DNA from: Chiloscyllium plagiosum | Lineage: Eukaryota | Direction: 5' to 3' | DNA: 64,000 bases | Assembly: GCF_004010195.1 (NCBI RefSeq) | Contig: NC_057755.1 | Span: 9,277,306-9,341,305 of the forward strand | Shown here: positions 13,235 through 25,774 of the stretch, piece after piece | Layout: every line of letters starts with the position of its first letter | How positions within the stretch are numbered: position 1 is the stretch's first letter | Made by a program: the position numbers and the translations under genes | The notes under the pieces: generated by a model | What the model saw: the letters and a program-made list of their open reading frames with translations, nothing else | Databases searched by the model: none | Told to the model about the DNA's origin: nothing

Positions 13235-15088
13235 TGGAATTATAAATATTGACTCGGCCAGAAATCTGAATTGGTCCAACAATTTGCAGTCTCCACAAAA
13301 ATGCATGGACAATGCATCACTACTCTCGGTCAGCAATATTATTATTTCCATTCTTTCAAATACCAAAGCAATGTTGTAATGTACCTTTGTTCAAATCCAA
13401 TCAAGGCTTGAGCTGTTCTTCATTTTTATTGATAGTTAAAGAGCAGCGAAGGAAGCACAGAGAATGAGCGGAATTAACGGGTGAGAAAGTTATCATTAAA
13501 CCTTTTCCTGTCTATCTCGAACGTCATTTCGCTTTACCACAGTTGGATATCAACCAGACCCGACGAATCTGTCTGCTACCATCATCTCCCCCAGCACCAG
13601 AAAAAGGTCATAACTCCTTTGCCATATTAAACAGATATTTAAAAGATCCAAATCTCCAATTCCACATCACGAGTCGGCAACATTCGTTGCCTTTAGGAAT
13701 AATTCAAATTCATTGGTATTCACGCTCCATTGAGATAAACTGTGTTTGTGCGCCTCCTCTACTTCACATGATGAAGGAGCAGCAGTCCAAAAGCTTGTGA
13801 TTTTAATAAGATCTGTGGGATTGGACGTTTGTGTCTATGGATTTGACTTCGCCCACGCAAGTGCAACTTTGACATTTCCATATTATTTAGGACTCTGAGT
13901 ATCTCACAATTCCATCTCAAATTACAACACCATCTCAGTAGGATTGGAGAACTGTGCTCCTGACTCACCTCATCAACTCTTCTATTGTGTGACGTCCTGT
14001 CTCTAAATTTATTGTAAGTGCTTTGTCTCCAATTTTCATTTCAAAACAAATTTAGGTTCATTAGTAACTCTGCAGAAAATTGCATGAATCACAAGAGATT
14101 CCAGTCCAAATTTAACTTCCATTTTCCCTATATTCTTTTATTCCACAGCTTCCTCGCTGCGTTATATATCAGTTCTTCACAGCTCCTGGATTATAACTCA
14201 AATAAATGTCACCCCTATTCATTCCCATAAACTAATCTAATTGCCGGACGCAATTTCGGGAGGAAAAAGTGCCATCCTTCCCTGGTTGGCCTCCGTGTAA
14301 TTTCAGAAACAGCAATGTAATAGACAATACTCTGCGGGAAGAGGAACGGGAGAGGAAATAGTGACGATGCTGACACAAGTTTAACAAGGTTATGCTGTCC
14401 TTGGTATTTTTTTAAACAGTCCAGAAAAGCAGCATTTCTGAAAGGTCTCGCTTGGATGCATTTAAGGGCCAGTTTGATTATTGTTAACAAATACTGCCTT
14501 TGGAAAAGGCTTTCACGTTAAAAAATACTTGTAAAAGAAAAGAGGAGTGACCAGTTTTGCCATATTACCTTTCCTCTGGAATGTTGTTGTTTAGCAGCTT
14601 GTATATTTTAAATTTACTTGTCCAAGAAACAGCCACGTGGAAGATTCTGTTCCATGCGAAGCATCTCTGGCATTTCTCCCTCTCCTGTAACAATTTGTCT
14701 TTTATTTTACATTTATTGTTGCCGCGGTGGTCATGCAGATTGTTGAAGGAATTTGCAACAGCATCATTAAAATTGAATAACATTTTGAGTTTCCGAATAG
14801 ATTAAGTAAATCTGTGTTCTGTTCTCCGTTTGTATTTCGTTTGGAAGGCTTTCAAATAATTTCAGCTTTGTTTAATGCTACATGGTTGGGCCTGCTACAT
14901 CACTCCTGGAATATGCATCTTGTACCTGTTTAAAGCAGTTCTGAAAGTTAGCGTCTGGCTACTTTCTTGAAATGTTTTGAGGGGCCGTGGCCTGATACAT
15001 AACAGATTGGAGCCTCAAAGTTGGTGAGAAGATTTGTAGCTCGGGTGCTCATTGCTGTGGTTCTGTTCGCCGAGCTGGAAGGTTTTTT

Positions 15089-15128
15089 ACAAACGTTTCG
15101 TCCCCTGTCTAGGTGACATCCTCAGTGC
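15089..15128 (-). ncRNA. Minimal hammerhead ribozyme motif in Penelope pLTR
   Basis: gca-CUGAGGA-U-GUCACCU-AGAC-AGGGGAC-GAAACGUU-ugu. Confidence 0.65.
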
Positions 15129-16232
15129 TTGGGAGCCTCCTGTGAAGCGCTTCTGTGGTGTTTCCTTCGGCATTTATAGTGGACTGTCCCTGCCGCTTCC
15201 GGTTGTCAGTTTCAGCTGTCCGCTGTAGTGGCCGGTATATTGGGTCCAGGTCGATGTGTTTGTTGATGGAGTTTGTGGATGAGTGCCATGCTTCGAGGAA
15301 TTCCCTGGCTGTTCTTTGTTTGGCTTGCCCGAAAATGGTCGTGTTGTCCCAGTCGAATTCGTGTGGCTACTAGGGATAGCTGGTCGTGTCGTTTCGTGGC
15401 TAATTGATGTTCGTGGATGCGGATCATTAGCTGTCTTCCTGTTTGTCCTATACAGTGTTTTGTGCAATCCTTGCATGGAATTTTGTACACTACATTAGTT
15501 TTGCTCATGCTGGGTATCGGGTCCTTCATTCTGGTGAGTTGTTGTCTGAGTGTGGATGTTGGTTTGTGTGCTGTTATAAGTCCTAGTGGTCGCAGTATTC
15601 TGGCTGTCAGTTCAGGGATGTTCTTGATGTTTGGTAGTGTTGGGTTGCGGCATGTCCTCGTTCCGTTGTCTTTCCTTTCGGCATCTGTTGATGAAATTGC
15701 GAGGATATCCGTTTTTGGCGTATACCTTGTGTAGGTGATCCTCTTCCTCTTTTTGCAGTTCTGGTGTGCTGCAGTGTGTTGTGGCCCATTTGAATAGTGT
15801 CTTGATGCAACTTCGTTTTTGTGTATTGGGCTGGTTGCTTTCATAGTTCAGGACTTGGTCTGTGTGTGTGGCTTTCCTGTGTAACTTTGTGGTGAATTCT
15901 CCGTTTGGTGTTCTCTGTACCATCACGTCTAGGAATGGGAGTTGGCTGTCCTTTTCGTCCTCTCTCGTGAATCGGATTCTTGTGAGTATGGAGTTGATGA
16001 TCCGGTGTGTTTTTTCTATTTCCGTGTTTTTAATGATTACAAAGATGTCATCAAAGTATCTGACCCAGAGTTTGGATTGAATTTGTGGTACGACTGTTTG
16101 TTCTAAACTTTGCATTACTGCTTCTCCAATGAGTCCCGAGATCGTAAAGCCCATGGGTGTTCCGTTGATTTGTTCGTATACCTGGTTATTGAATGTGAAA
16201 CACCACAGAAGCGCTTTACAGGACGCTCCCAA

Positions 16233-16272
16233 GCACTGAGGATGCCACCTGGACAGGGGTCGAAACGTTTGC
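16233..16272 (+). ncRNA. Minimal hammerhead ribozyme motif in inverted pLTR copy (helix II partly degenerate)
   Basis: gca-CUGAGGA-U-GCCACCU-GGAC-AGGGGUC-GAAACGUU-ugc. Confidence 0.55.
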
Positions 16273-17374
16273 AACAAAAACTTCCAGCTCGGCGAACAGA
16301 ACCACAGCAGATTGGAGGCGCTTTGCGGGGTTTGTCCAATAGTTCCAAAACTGGGATTATAATTTTTTGAACTCAAAGGCTGCGAGTGGCATCTGTTGGT
16401 GCCTTTTGCTCTGTGTGTTGAGTTCAGTTAGTTAAAACAATGCTTGGGATAGAATTTGCTCTTTCAGTCACTGGCAGTTTTCTGCGGATGGAAAAAGTGA
16501 CTTTGGAAATTTAACAAACGGTGATTGACGGCCAGCTGCTGGAATGAGCAGACAAGCTGGGGATCTGATATCCTCCTACCTTAAAGAAAAAAAAAACATA
16601 ATTACAATAATAGCTCAGCACTTACGTTTGAAGGAAACGCCGTCAGAAACCATGTGGATGCTTGAAAGTGAATAAGAAATTATGCAGCTTGAGATGAGAC
16701 AAAAAAATGAATGGTCAACACAAACAAAAAGTTTAGAGATGCAATTTATAGCATAAAAAGGAAGAGAGAGATAAGGGAAAGTAAAGGATAGTGAGGAAAA
16801 TAAGGGAGGGCGTTTGAACTTTAATAAATTGGCACTTAGACAGGGCAGTCAGCTTCGGAAAGAGCTGAAGATAAGTCTAGTGAGGAAGGGAGTGACTACA
16901 ACCAAAGCCATGGTAACTATTGGCCTGGTGAGAAACTGTTTAAATATATTCAATCATTGCCTAAATTTGACTGGAATGATGTGGAAGACGTTTCCGTCTA
17001 ATTTTGTACGAGCGTAGATAGCAGTGTATGTTTACTGGGACAGCATTAATGTCCCAAAGGGTCTCATTTGTAATGTATTTCGCAATTTTTTTGTGAAAAT
17101 GCATAACCCTCAATTTTTTAAAAAATCATTTATTGACTTCTTTTGCACTCACGGTCATAGTTTCTTCCAATCTCCTCGTTGTAGAAAACATTACAATGTC
17201 ATGCGCATGCATTTTTTTTCAGTTTTCTTTTTTGATGCTTTCTTACAAGGTCCAATTGAAGCCACTCTTTTTCATTGCACATTTAAATATTCTGAACTAC
17301 ATACTCGACTTTCGTAAGGATGAAACACTTTGGTTTTCAATTTTCACTTCATCATTTGTCGTATCCTTCCGAAT

Positions 17375-17554
17375 NNNNNNNNNNNNNNNNNNNNNNNNNN
17401 NNNNNNNNNNNNNNNNNNNNNNNNNNNNNNNNNNNNNNNNNNNNNNNNNNNNNNNNNNNNNNNNNNNNNNNNNNNNNNNNNNNNNNNNNNNNNNNNNNNN
17501 NNNNNNNNNNNNNNNNNNNNNNNNNNNNNNNNNNNNNNNNNNNNNNNNNNNNNN
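17375..17554. other. Assembly gap (180 N)
   Basis: Run of N. Confidence 1.
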
Positions 17555-18149
17555 TCTAAATTAATTGTCGAGAGTATAGTGCTGGAAAAGCACAGGAGGT
17601 CAGGCAGCATCCGAGGAGCAATAGAGTTAGCGTTTTGGGCTGACTCTCTTGCTCCTCAGATGCTGTCTGACCTGATGTGCATTCCCAGCACCACACTCTC
17701 GACTCTAATGTCCAGCATCTGCGGTCCTCACTTTTAACTAAATACCTAAATTCGTTCAATCCAACAGATAAATAATTATCCCCTAGCATCGTTCCTTCCG
17801 GTATAATAAGCTTAATTCTTTGCCCGATCTGCTTCAGTTTAACTTCTCCCTCTTCTGTCTCGTACCTACCACATGTTTCAAGATTTTCAAGATCTTTCTG
17901 GGATGTTGCTGCTATTCTCTGCCTTCGTGGTGTGCACAGATATTGTGAGGAATTTTGCTCTTTTCATTTTAATATGAATATAGAAATCCACTTGGAACCC
18001 TTACAGCTCAATTCAATTTTGCAAAGCCATCTGCCTTTGAAGACAGAAATGATGAGTGTTTCTTTTCACTTGGAGAGTTGAGAGAGCTGCATAAATCTAA
18101 TGTCCAGATTGTAATGATGTCTGGGAAACCAAATGTACTCAACGTTGTA

Positions 18150-21100
18150 ATCAATGGATTTTTAATTCACAGGGGATTCCATGGTACGTGGGCAGTCCGA
18201 AAATAATGAAGTTGGATTGTGCTCTTATTAGACTAGCTGTAATTTCAAGTGTCAGTGAGACATACTGGATCCGAAAGTGGATCTGGGACTCACTGTTTTA
18301 TTGCTCACGTGTTGTCCTTTAACCCTTCCCATGCAACAATGCTTAATGTGACAGCAATATGGTTGACTCTCAACTGCTCTCTGAAACATTCTGGCAAGCC
18401 GCGGAGTTGTACTAATCGCTAGAAGGTCATAACAAAGAAACGAAAATCGATGGACAACGTGGCATCGACTTTGCAACCGGAAAAGAAATGGCAAAAACAC
18501 AAACAGCCTGTCGACCATGCAAAGTCCTTCTTACCAACATCTGTGGGCTAATACCGAAATTGGTGAAGCTATCTCACAAACTAGTAAAGCAACAGCATGA
18601 CATAGTCATTTTAATGTAAATATACTTTGCAGATAACACTCCTGACAGCACCGTTACCATACCTGGATTTGTTCTATTCCACTGCCAGGACAGTCTCAGA
18701 GGAAGTGAATGCACAGTGGTACAGATTCGGAAGGGAGTTGCACTGGGAATTCTTGACAGCGACTCTGGACCTCATGAAATCTCATGCCTTCAAAGGTGAG
18801 GAAATGTTTTACTGGTGACAACACACCATTCCCCTTTGGCTGATGAATCAGCGCACCTGCCTGGGGAGCAATACTTGGAGGAATTTCTGAGAATGGCAAG
18901 AGTGGAAAATGTACTTTGGGTGCGGGATTTCAATGTCCACCATCCGAAGATGATGGGCAAGAGCACCAGTGATCGAGATGTTTGCATTCTAAAGGATACA
19001 ACTGCTAGACTATACCTAGGGCAGCTGGTGAAGGAAACAACAAAAGGAAAATTTTCACTGACTTCCTACTAAATAATCAGCCGGCTGCAGAAATATCTGT
19101 CCATGACAGTTCAGGTAAAAGAGACCACCGCATTGTCCTTGTGGAAGCGAAGGCCCGCCTTCACATTGGGAATCACCATTCTGAATGGTGCAGACTTCGA
19201 ACCGATCTCGCAGCTCAAGACTGAGCATCCATGAAGTGCTGTGGCCCACCCAAAGCAGCAGAACTGCACTCCAGCGCAATCTACAACCTCATGACATGGC
19301 ATATCCCCCACTCAGCCACTAGCATCAACACTTGGGATTAACCATGGTGCTCTGGAGAGTGCAGGAGGCCTTGCCAGGAACAGCATCAGACATACATAAA
19401 AATGAGTTCTGAACTTGGTGAAGATATCAAACGGCATAAACAGCAAGTGATAGACGGAGCAAAGCGATCCAACAACGAATGGATCATATCTAAGCTCTGC
19501 AGGTTTTCCAATTCCTGTCTTGAATGTTGGTGGACAATTAAACAACTCAGCAAAGAAGAAATCTCCACAAATATCCCCATCCTCAATGATATAGATGGCC
19601 GCACATCAGTGCAAAAATAAGGCTGATACATTCGCAGTAACCTTCAGTCATACGTGCTGAGTGGATGATCCATCTCACGCTCTTGCAGCTGTCCGCAGCC
19701 TCTCAGATAACAGGTTCCTGCCAATTCTCTTGAGTCCACTTGATATCAAGGAAAGGTTGCAGGCACTGCATACTGCTAATGGGATATGATAAATTCAAAC
19801 GTTTAACTTAAGACGTGAGATCCAGAATCAGGTGCTCCCCAAGCCAAGATCTTCCAGTATAGTTGCAACACTGGCTTCTACCCGACTAGGTGGAACATTG
19901 CCCAGGTATGATCTGTGCACAAAGAGCAGGACAAATACAACCCGGCCAATTATTGCACAATCAGTCTCCTCTCCATTCTCAGTAAAGTAACGGAAGCGGT
20001 CATCAAAAGTGCTGTCAAGAAGCACCTGCTCAGCAACAGCCTGCTCAGTGAAGTTCAGTTTGGGATTCGCCAGGATGAATCAGCTCCTGTTCTCGTTATA
20101 GCCTTGGTTCAAACATGGACAAAAGTGCTCAATTCCACAGGTGAGGTGAAGGTGACAGCGCTTGAAGACAAGGCTGCTTTTCACCGAGTATGCCATTAAG
20201 GGCCATGGGAAAACAGCAGCACAGGATATCTCTGCAGGAGTCCCTCATCGCTGTGTCCAGGGACCAAATATCTTCAAGTGCCTCATTAAAGGACTTCATA
20301 TGGTTCGAAGTGTGGACGTTCGCCAATGATTGCACAGAGTTCAGCGTCATTTGCAACTCCTCAGATACTGAAGGAATCCGAGCTCAAATCTAACAAGGTC
20401 GGGAAAACGTCCAGGCTTGGTCCGACATGTGGCAATCGTGCCAAACAAACACCAGACAATGAACACTACCAATAAGTGCCACTCCAACCACCGCCCCTTG
20501 ACATTCAACGTTATTACCGTCACTAAATCCCCGACTGTCAACAACCTTCCGTTTAACACTGACCAGAAACTCACTCGGAACCATTACGTAAATACATATT
20601 CTACAAGAGCAGGTCAGAGTCTATAGATGATATGGCGAGTGACATCCTAACAGTACAAAGACTCTGCACCATCTACAAGGCAAAATTCAGGTGTATGATG
20701 GAATACTCCCCTTAGCCTGGATGGGTGCAAGTCCAACAACACAGAAGAAGCTTGACACCATCCAAGGCAAAGCAGCCCGCTTGATTGGCACCCCATCAAC
20801 AAACAATCATTCCCTCTACCATCATCGCTGAGTAGCAGTAGCGTGTACTGTCCACAAGAAATACAGCAGAAATTCGTAAAGTCCCTTCGACAACACCATA
20901 CAAACATGCAACCATTTCCACCTAGCAGGGTAAGGGGATCATACAATTGAAAAAACCACCGCCAGCAAGTCCCCTCCCCAAGCGACTCACCATCCTGACT
21001 TAGAAAGATAATGCCGTTCCTTCAACCTCATTGTGTTAAATTCCTCGATTTCCCTCACGACCAGCATTGTTGGTCAACCCACAGCAACGAAACTGCAGGG

Positions 21101-21200
21101 ATTCAAGAAGCCAGCTCACCATCGCCTTCTCAAGTGCAAATAGTGGTGATCCATTAATGTTGGACAGCCAGTGAAGCCCACGTTGCGCAAGTGAAATAAA
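18150..21200 (+). mobile_element. Decayed non-LTR retrotransposon (CR1/L2-group LINE): AP endonuclease + RT remnants
   Basis: ORF 18815 has VLWVRDFNVHH (GDFN-like); ORF 19915 has NPANYCTISLLSILSKVTE..QFGIRQ..ALEDKAAFHRV. 5' boundary approximate. Confidence 0.8.
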
Positions 21201-22468
21201 AGTCAACTGAACTAACCAATGATGGACAATTGAAGGGATTTCAGCATGACGACTCAAACAAGTGATTTCACTTGAAGATATTTGCGCCCTCTCCTGGCCT
21301 CTTCGATGCACTTCACAGATGCATGCCTCACCAAATAAGTCACGTTACTGACAATGTGGACAACGTATTATAAATGATCGCACCGAATGCTTAAATCCAA
21401 CTGGTCCACATCAACCATATTCACAAACACCAATCCACCCATGCGTTTGCGTTATCACCCAGGTCCCTTCAAACTCTTTCTGATCATGGACTTAGCGAAA
21501 TGTATTTTGAAAGTTGCAACTGTGCCTGCATCCAACATTTCTTGTGGCAGTATTTTCTTTGGAAAAGGATTTTTTTTTGTGCGAAGAGTTGACACTCATG
21601 TCTTTCTGTTGAAACATTCTACTCTCACTTAAAAATATACCCCATAATCTTGGGAAACAGTCTTCGCTTATCCATGTATCACACGATTTTATAAATTTAT
21701 GTTGGGTCCCCACTCAACCCTTTAGGCTTAACGGGCTCAGTGGTTAGCATTGTTCCCTCACAATACCAGGAACCTGTGTTCCAAACCGACATCTGTCGAC
21801 TGTCTGTGTGGAGTTTACACTTTTGCCCCGTTTCTGGGTGGGTTTACCCCGGGTGCTATTTTTCCTCTCACAAAGCAGAGACGTGCAGGAAAGATGAATT
21901 GGCTATGTAACCTGCACATAGGGTTCAGGGATGTGTGGGGCAATTGCGTTACGCAGTGAAAAATATCGAGTAATAGGGCAGGGAATGCCTCTGCGTGGTT
22001 TACATTTTGCAGGATCGGGTTGGACTTGTTGGGTCCATTGGCCAGTTTCTACATTGTAGCAATTCGACGATGTATCCATTGTCGAATCATCACGTCTGTT
22101 TGAGAACACTACTCAGGACATTACCATTAATTTTGTCTGACCTTTACTTGTCTGTTTTCAAAAATGCAATACCTCACATTGATACAAATTAAACTCCGTC
22201 TGCCAGACGTCAGCCCTTTGTTCCAATTGATCAAGAACTCTTAATAAATTGATTCAGCAACAATTCCAATGCTCCTGAAGAGAAATGATCAACATCAACT
22301 GCTTGTGATCCAATTGGGAGACGGTTGCTTGCAAATCATCATTCAAAACAAATTTAACTAATTCTTTTGAGAGATGACGCATACTTAAATAGAAGATATC
22401 TGATCTGACTCTGGTGAGCGCTTGTCTGAGTTTCTCACGTCGAACAAAACATATCACTCCTCAGAAAA

Positions 22469-22538
22469 ATGGAACGGCCAAAGATTCTGCTGATTAAGGA
22501 GATTTATTATCCAATTCTTGCAATCATCGGTGTGCCTG
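22469..22538 (+). CDS. GPR139/GPR142-like GPCR copy 2, coding exon 1 (MERPKILLIKEIYYPILAIIGVP + 1 nt)
   Basis: ATG at 22469, 70 nt, phase-1 donor G|GTGAG at 22539; supplies the N-terminus and first half of TM1; conserved in all four copies. Confidence 0.88.
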
Positions 22539-23657
22539 GTGAGCCTGGTTTAAACTTTATATTGTGAACGTGTGTGAATTGCTTCAGAGTTCTAAACCTA
22601 CTCTGGGAAAACTAGAATATTTCTCCGAACTCAGTGACACAATGGCAGATTTTACCCCTATTGTCTCATAAATCCTCTGTTCACATTGTGCTTGTTTCAC
22701 TGGACTGATAATTTTGTTGCTGTTACCATAGGTTTGAGGTTTGAAACGGGCGAAACATGACTAACAAAGTAAATGTAGACCGGATGGTTCCTCATGTTGG
22801 GCAATCTAGAACGAGAGGTTATAGGTTTAGAATGGTGACAGATTTCAAACAGGTATGGGGAGAGTTACATTAATTAAAGTGGCGTCAATCTCTGGAATTC
22901 ACTGCCCAATCGTATCGTGGAAATCAGAAAATTGAATTAACCTAAGGAAGAGGCTGACAGATTTCACTTGCTAAGCAGGTTAGGATATCACCACATGAGA
23001 AATAATTATACATATCAGTTCCTACTCAGTATGCAAAAGTAAAGTCCCTACATATCTTTTATTGGGCTGAATTATTGAGTGAAATAATTCATATCTTTGA
23101 AATGCACAAAATTCTCTAGTCACTTTGCAGCTCGTTCTCTTCATTGATCTTTCCAAATTTGTAACCAACCACTGTTCTGTCCTGTATTTGCCACAATTCC
23201 AATGTAGTTGGTAATCCGGAAACCAATATCTGCGAGGTTTTAGTGTGACAAATAATCATGACGCTTTTGAAGTATTTTGGTGTGCTTTGTGTTGCTAAGG
23301 CATAAAGGTCAATGGACAAAGTGCTAGATCATTTTATTCGAATAGTTAGGGATGTATTTGAGCGGAGGAGACTTCCTTATTTTAATAGACCTTTCCCTCT
23401 GATGCAATCTTCTCTTATTCAATGACACTTAATTACACTTACGAAAAGACAAATGCATTAAAATCTCATCAAACATATGTCATTTGCGTTGAGGAGATTT
23501 TTTTTGTTCTTTATAACGTCATGAAAAGCAGTTGGTAACTTCCTGCTTTTGGTGTTGACATCTGGATAATCACATGGTTCACAATTGATACCCAGGTTTG
23601 TGCTTTGAGAGTTCAAAAAAAATGAGTTAACGTTTGTCTCGTCTTCCTTTTTTACAG

Positions 23658-24613
23658 CAAACATGATGACCATTGTCGTTCTTGTGCGAGGAAACTGTGG
23701 CCTCTCTAAATGTATCTCTGTCTACATGCTTTCCATGGCAGCAGCAGACTTACTGGTTATAATCAATAATGTAATAGTTCATAGCATTCTTACGTATTAC
23801 TTTCCATTTTCATTTCTGCGTCAGACACATACTTGTAAATTTATTTTTTATCTGCACTGTGTTATGCTCAATTCATCCGTCTGGTTCACAGTCGCCTTTA
23901 CGTTTGACCGCTTTGTCGTCATCTGCTGTCCAAAGTTTAAGACAAAGTATTGTTCTGCGCGAATTTCAGCTACAGTTGTAACAGTGAGCTGTATCCTCAT
24001 GTGTATCAAGGATATCCCAGTTTTCTTTGCGTATGAACATGAATATATTATTAAACACGTGAAATGGAACTGCCAGTCAAGTGTGACATTTTTTTCCTCA
24101 ATTGCAGGAGTCGTGTACATCTGGTTTTTCAGCATCTGTTTAGTTTGGCTTCCTTTCATTTTAATTGCCTTGTTGAACTCATTGACGGTCAGACATATAC
24201 TCGTGAGCAGTAAAGCCCGCAGAGCGCTTCGAGTTAACACAATTGACAATCAATGTGATCCCGAGATGAAGAATCGAATGAAATCTATTGTTTTACTCTT
24301 TGCTATCTCAGGAAGTTTCGTTCTGCTGTGGATGACAAGTGTGCTAAACCTTGTAATTAACAGACTGACAAATCCGACTTATTATCGAGGAGATCTTAGA
24401 AATCCAGCGTATATTGCTGTCGAAACTGGAGCCATGCTGAGGTATTTGAGTTGCTGTTCAAACAAATGCATCTACGCAGTGTTCCAGAGAAAATTCAGAG
24501 AAGAATTTGTCGCTGTTTTGAAATGGCCCTGTGCATTCATTTTAAAGTGGTCAGAAATGAAAGGAAAACAGCGGAGAATACCTGGATTTGAATTTCAGTC
24601 ATGTTCTGTATGA
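23658..24613 (+). CDS. GPR139/GPR142-like GPCR copy 2, coding exon 2 (spliced product 341 aa, intact)
   Basis: Polypyrimidine tract plus tttacag|CA AAC ATG. Hydrophobic TM segments; TM1 GVPAN across the junction, TM2 AAADL, TM3 FDRF, TM6 LLWMT, TM7 NKCIY, helix 8 RKFREE. Confidence 0.9.
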
Positions 24614-24827
24614 GGCTTGGACTCTTTTGTCATACCGGCATAAAGATTATTAATTGGTAGAAAAGAAAAAAAATATCAGTGTCCGTTCAACTTTTCATCT
24701 TCCACAAGAATGTGACGCTTGTGTTATTACACATTTCATTGGCCGAGTCATTGTTGGGAGAATAATTATATTTTCCCGTTGTATGTAAATGGTTCCATAG
24801 ATAGTGGAACAGTGCAAACCTCCTCAT

Positions 24828-24833
24828 AATAAA
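24828..24833 (+). terminator. Candidate polyadenylation signal AATAAA (paralogs 7519, 31985, 48872)
   Basis: About 215 nt after the stop codon; retained even in the divergent flank of copy 4; no transcript evidence. Confidence 0.3.
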
Positions 24834-25774
24834 TTAAGAACAGATTCCAGCATCTCAGTATTTCTTCATTACAATATAAACATAGAAGTTTTTTGCATTT
24901 TTCACATAATTTCACATGTAATTTCATCGGAAAAACCATTCAATTGTATTCCAGACATACTTTAATTTCACATTGCGTTAAAAATGCAGACAAAATAAAT
25001 GTAAAAGTAAATTCTTTACTGCCACTCCAGGGAAATTCGTGGCAAAATGTTATATATGTATATATAGCTGCTACTAATTAACTGGTACAATATAATAGCA
25101 TGCATTAAACACGCCCCGGCAAAGGAAAATGAAGACAAACCGATTTTTCCACAAGTAATCGTATTAGCAGGAACCGAGACAGGAACAGGGGCTTCCAAGT
25201 CTAACCTAAAGGCCCCCAAAACTGCACAAAGCTGAAACTATAAAACATATTTCAGTGTGAGCTTCACCCCAAACATTCTCGCTGTTAGCATTGTTCCACT
25301 TTTGCTTTAAAGTCAAGACCTCACATGTGTTGACTTTGGTATAAACTCCCGCTGCTCGATCTTAACTTTCTTCATAAAAGAAAACCCGTCAGCATATACT
25401 TCTTAAAGCTATATTATCGTCACAATACACCCCAACCGCCACTTCCCGAAAATCGAATCATCAATATGCAGATGGCTTTACTTTTAAACTTTGCATTCGA
25501 AATGTAAAGAGAACATAGTATTGTGGAGACACAATTTCATGTCACGAAACTCAACCATTGAATGAAATGAACATCCTTCCGCTTCAACTTTGGAATGGTT
25601 TGCAGTTCTAGAATGTGCACAGTAAGGGAAGATGATTGCACTTGAGAAGTTCTCCAGCAGATCTAGCAGAACGTTATCTGGGATCGAGCAAAACACTCAT
25701 GAAGAGAGATAGCTTAGATCGATATCACTAGCATTGTAGCTGAAGGGATTGTGAGTGGGTGTATATGTAACGTA

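Larger units (their letters stand above)
15013..16307 (-). mobile_element. 5'-truncated Penelope-like retroelement (RT C-terminal part + GIY-YIG endonuclease) with inverted pLTR copy
   Basis: ORFs 15612-16376 (GTPMG, WVRYFDD, LPFLDV) and 15212-15844 (NVVYKIPC..C..HCIGQTGR..RIHEH). 16196-16307 is the reverse complement of about 15053-15165. TSD cagattggag at 15003-15012 and 16308-16317; empty site at 40652-40661. Confidence 0.93.

Noticed and set aside
12678..13379. Long ORFs across N runs (also 17133-17737 and 28468-29272)
   Set aside because: Artefacts of translating assembly gaps.
14018..14805. Short ORFs recurring at 39667-40454, 17024/41247 and 24893/32050
   Set aside because: Recurrence is due to the segmental duplication; non-ATG starts and no protein motifs.
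16196..16376. N-terminal part of ORF 15612-16376 as a novel RT fusion
   Set aside because: Read-through of flank and inverted pLTR into a truncated RT; non-ATG start.
22300..22400. CCAAT and TTAAATAG core promoter upstream of exon 1
   Set aside because: Short motifs in AT-rich DNA; conservation among recent duplicates is uninformative and CCAAT is absent in copies 1 and 3.
23848..24249. Antisense ORFs repeated in each unit (6540, 23848, 31006, 48147)
   Set aside because: Shadows of the GPCR CDS; their recurrence reflects the duplication.
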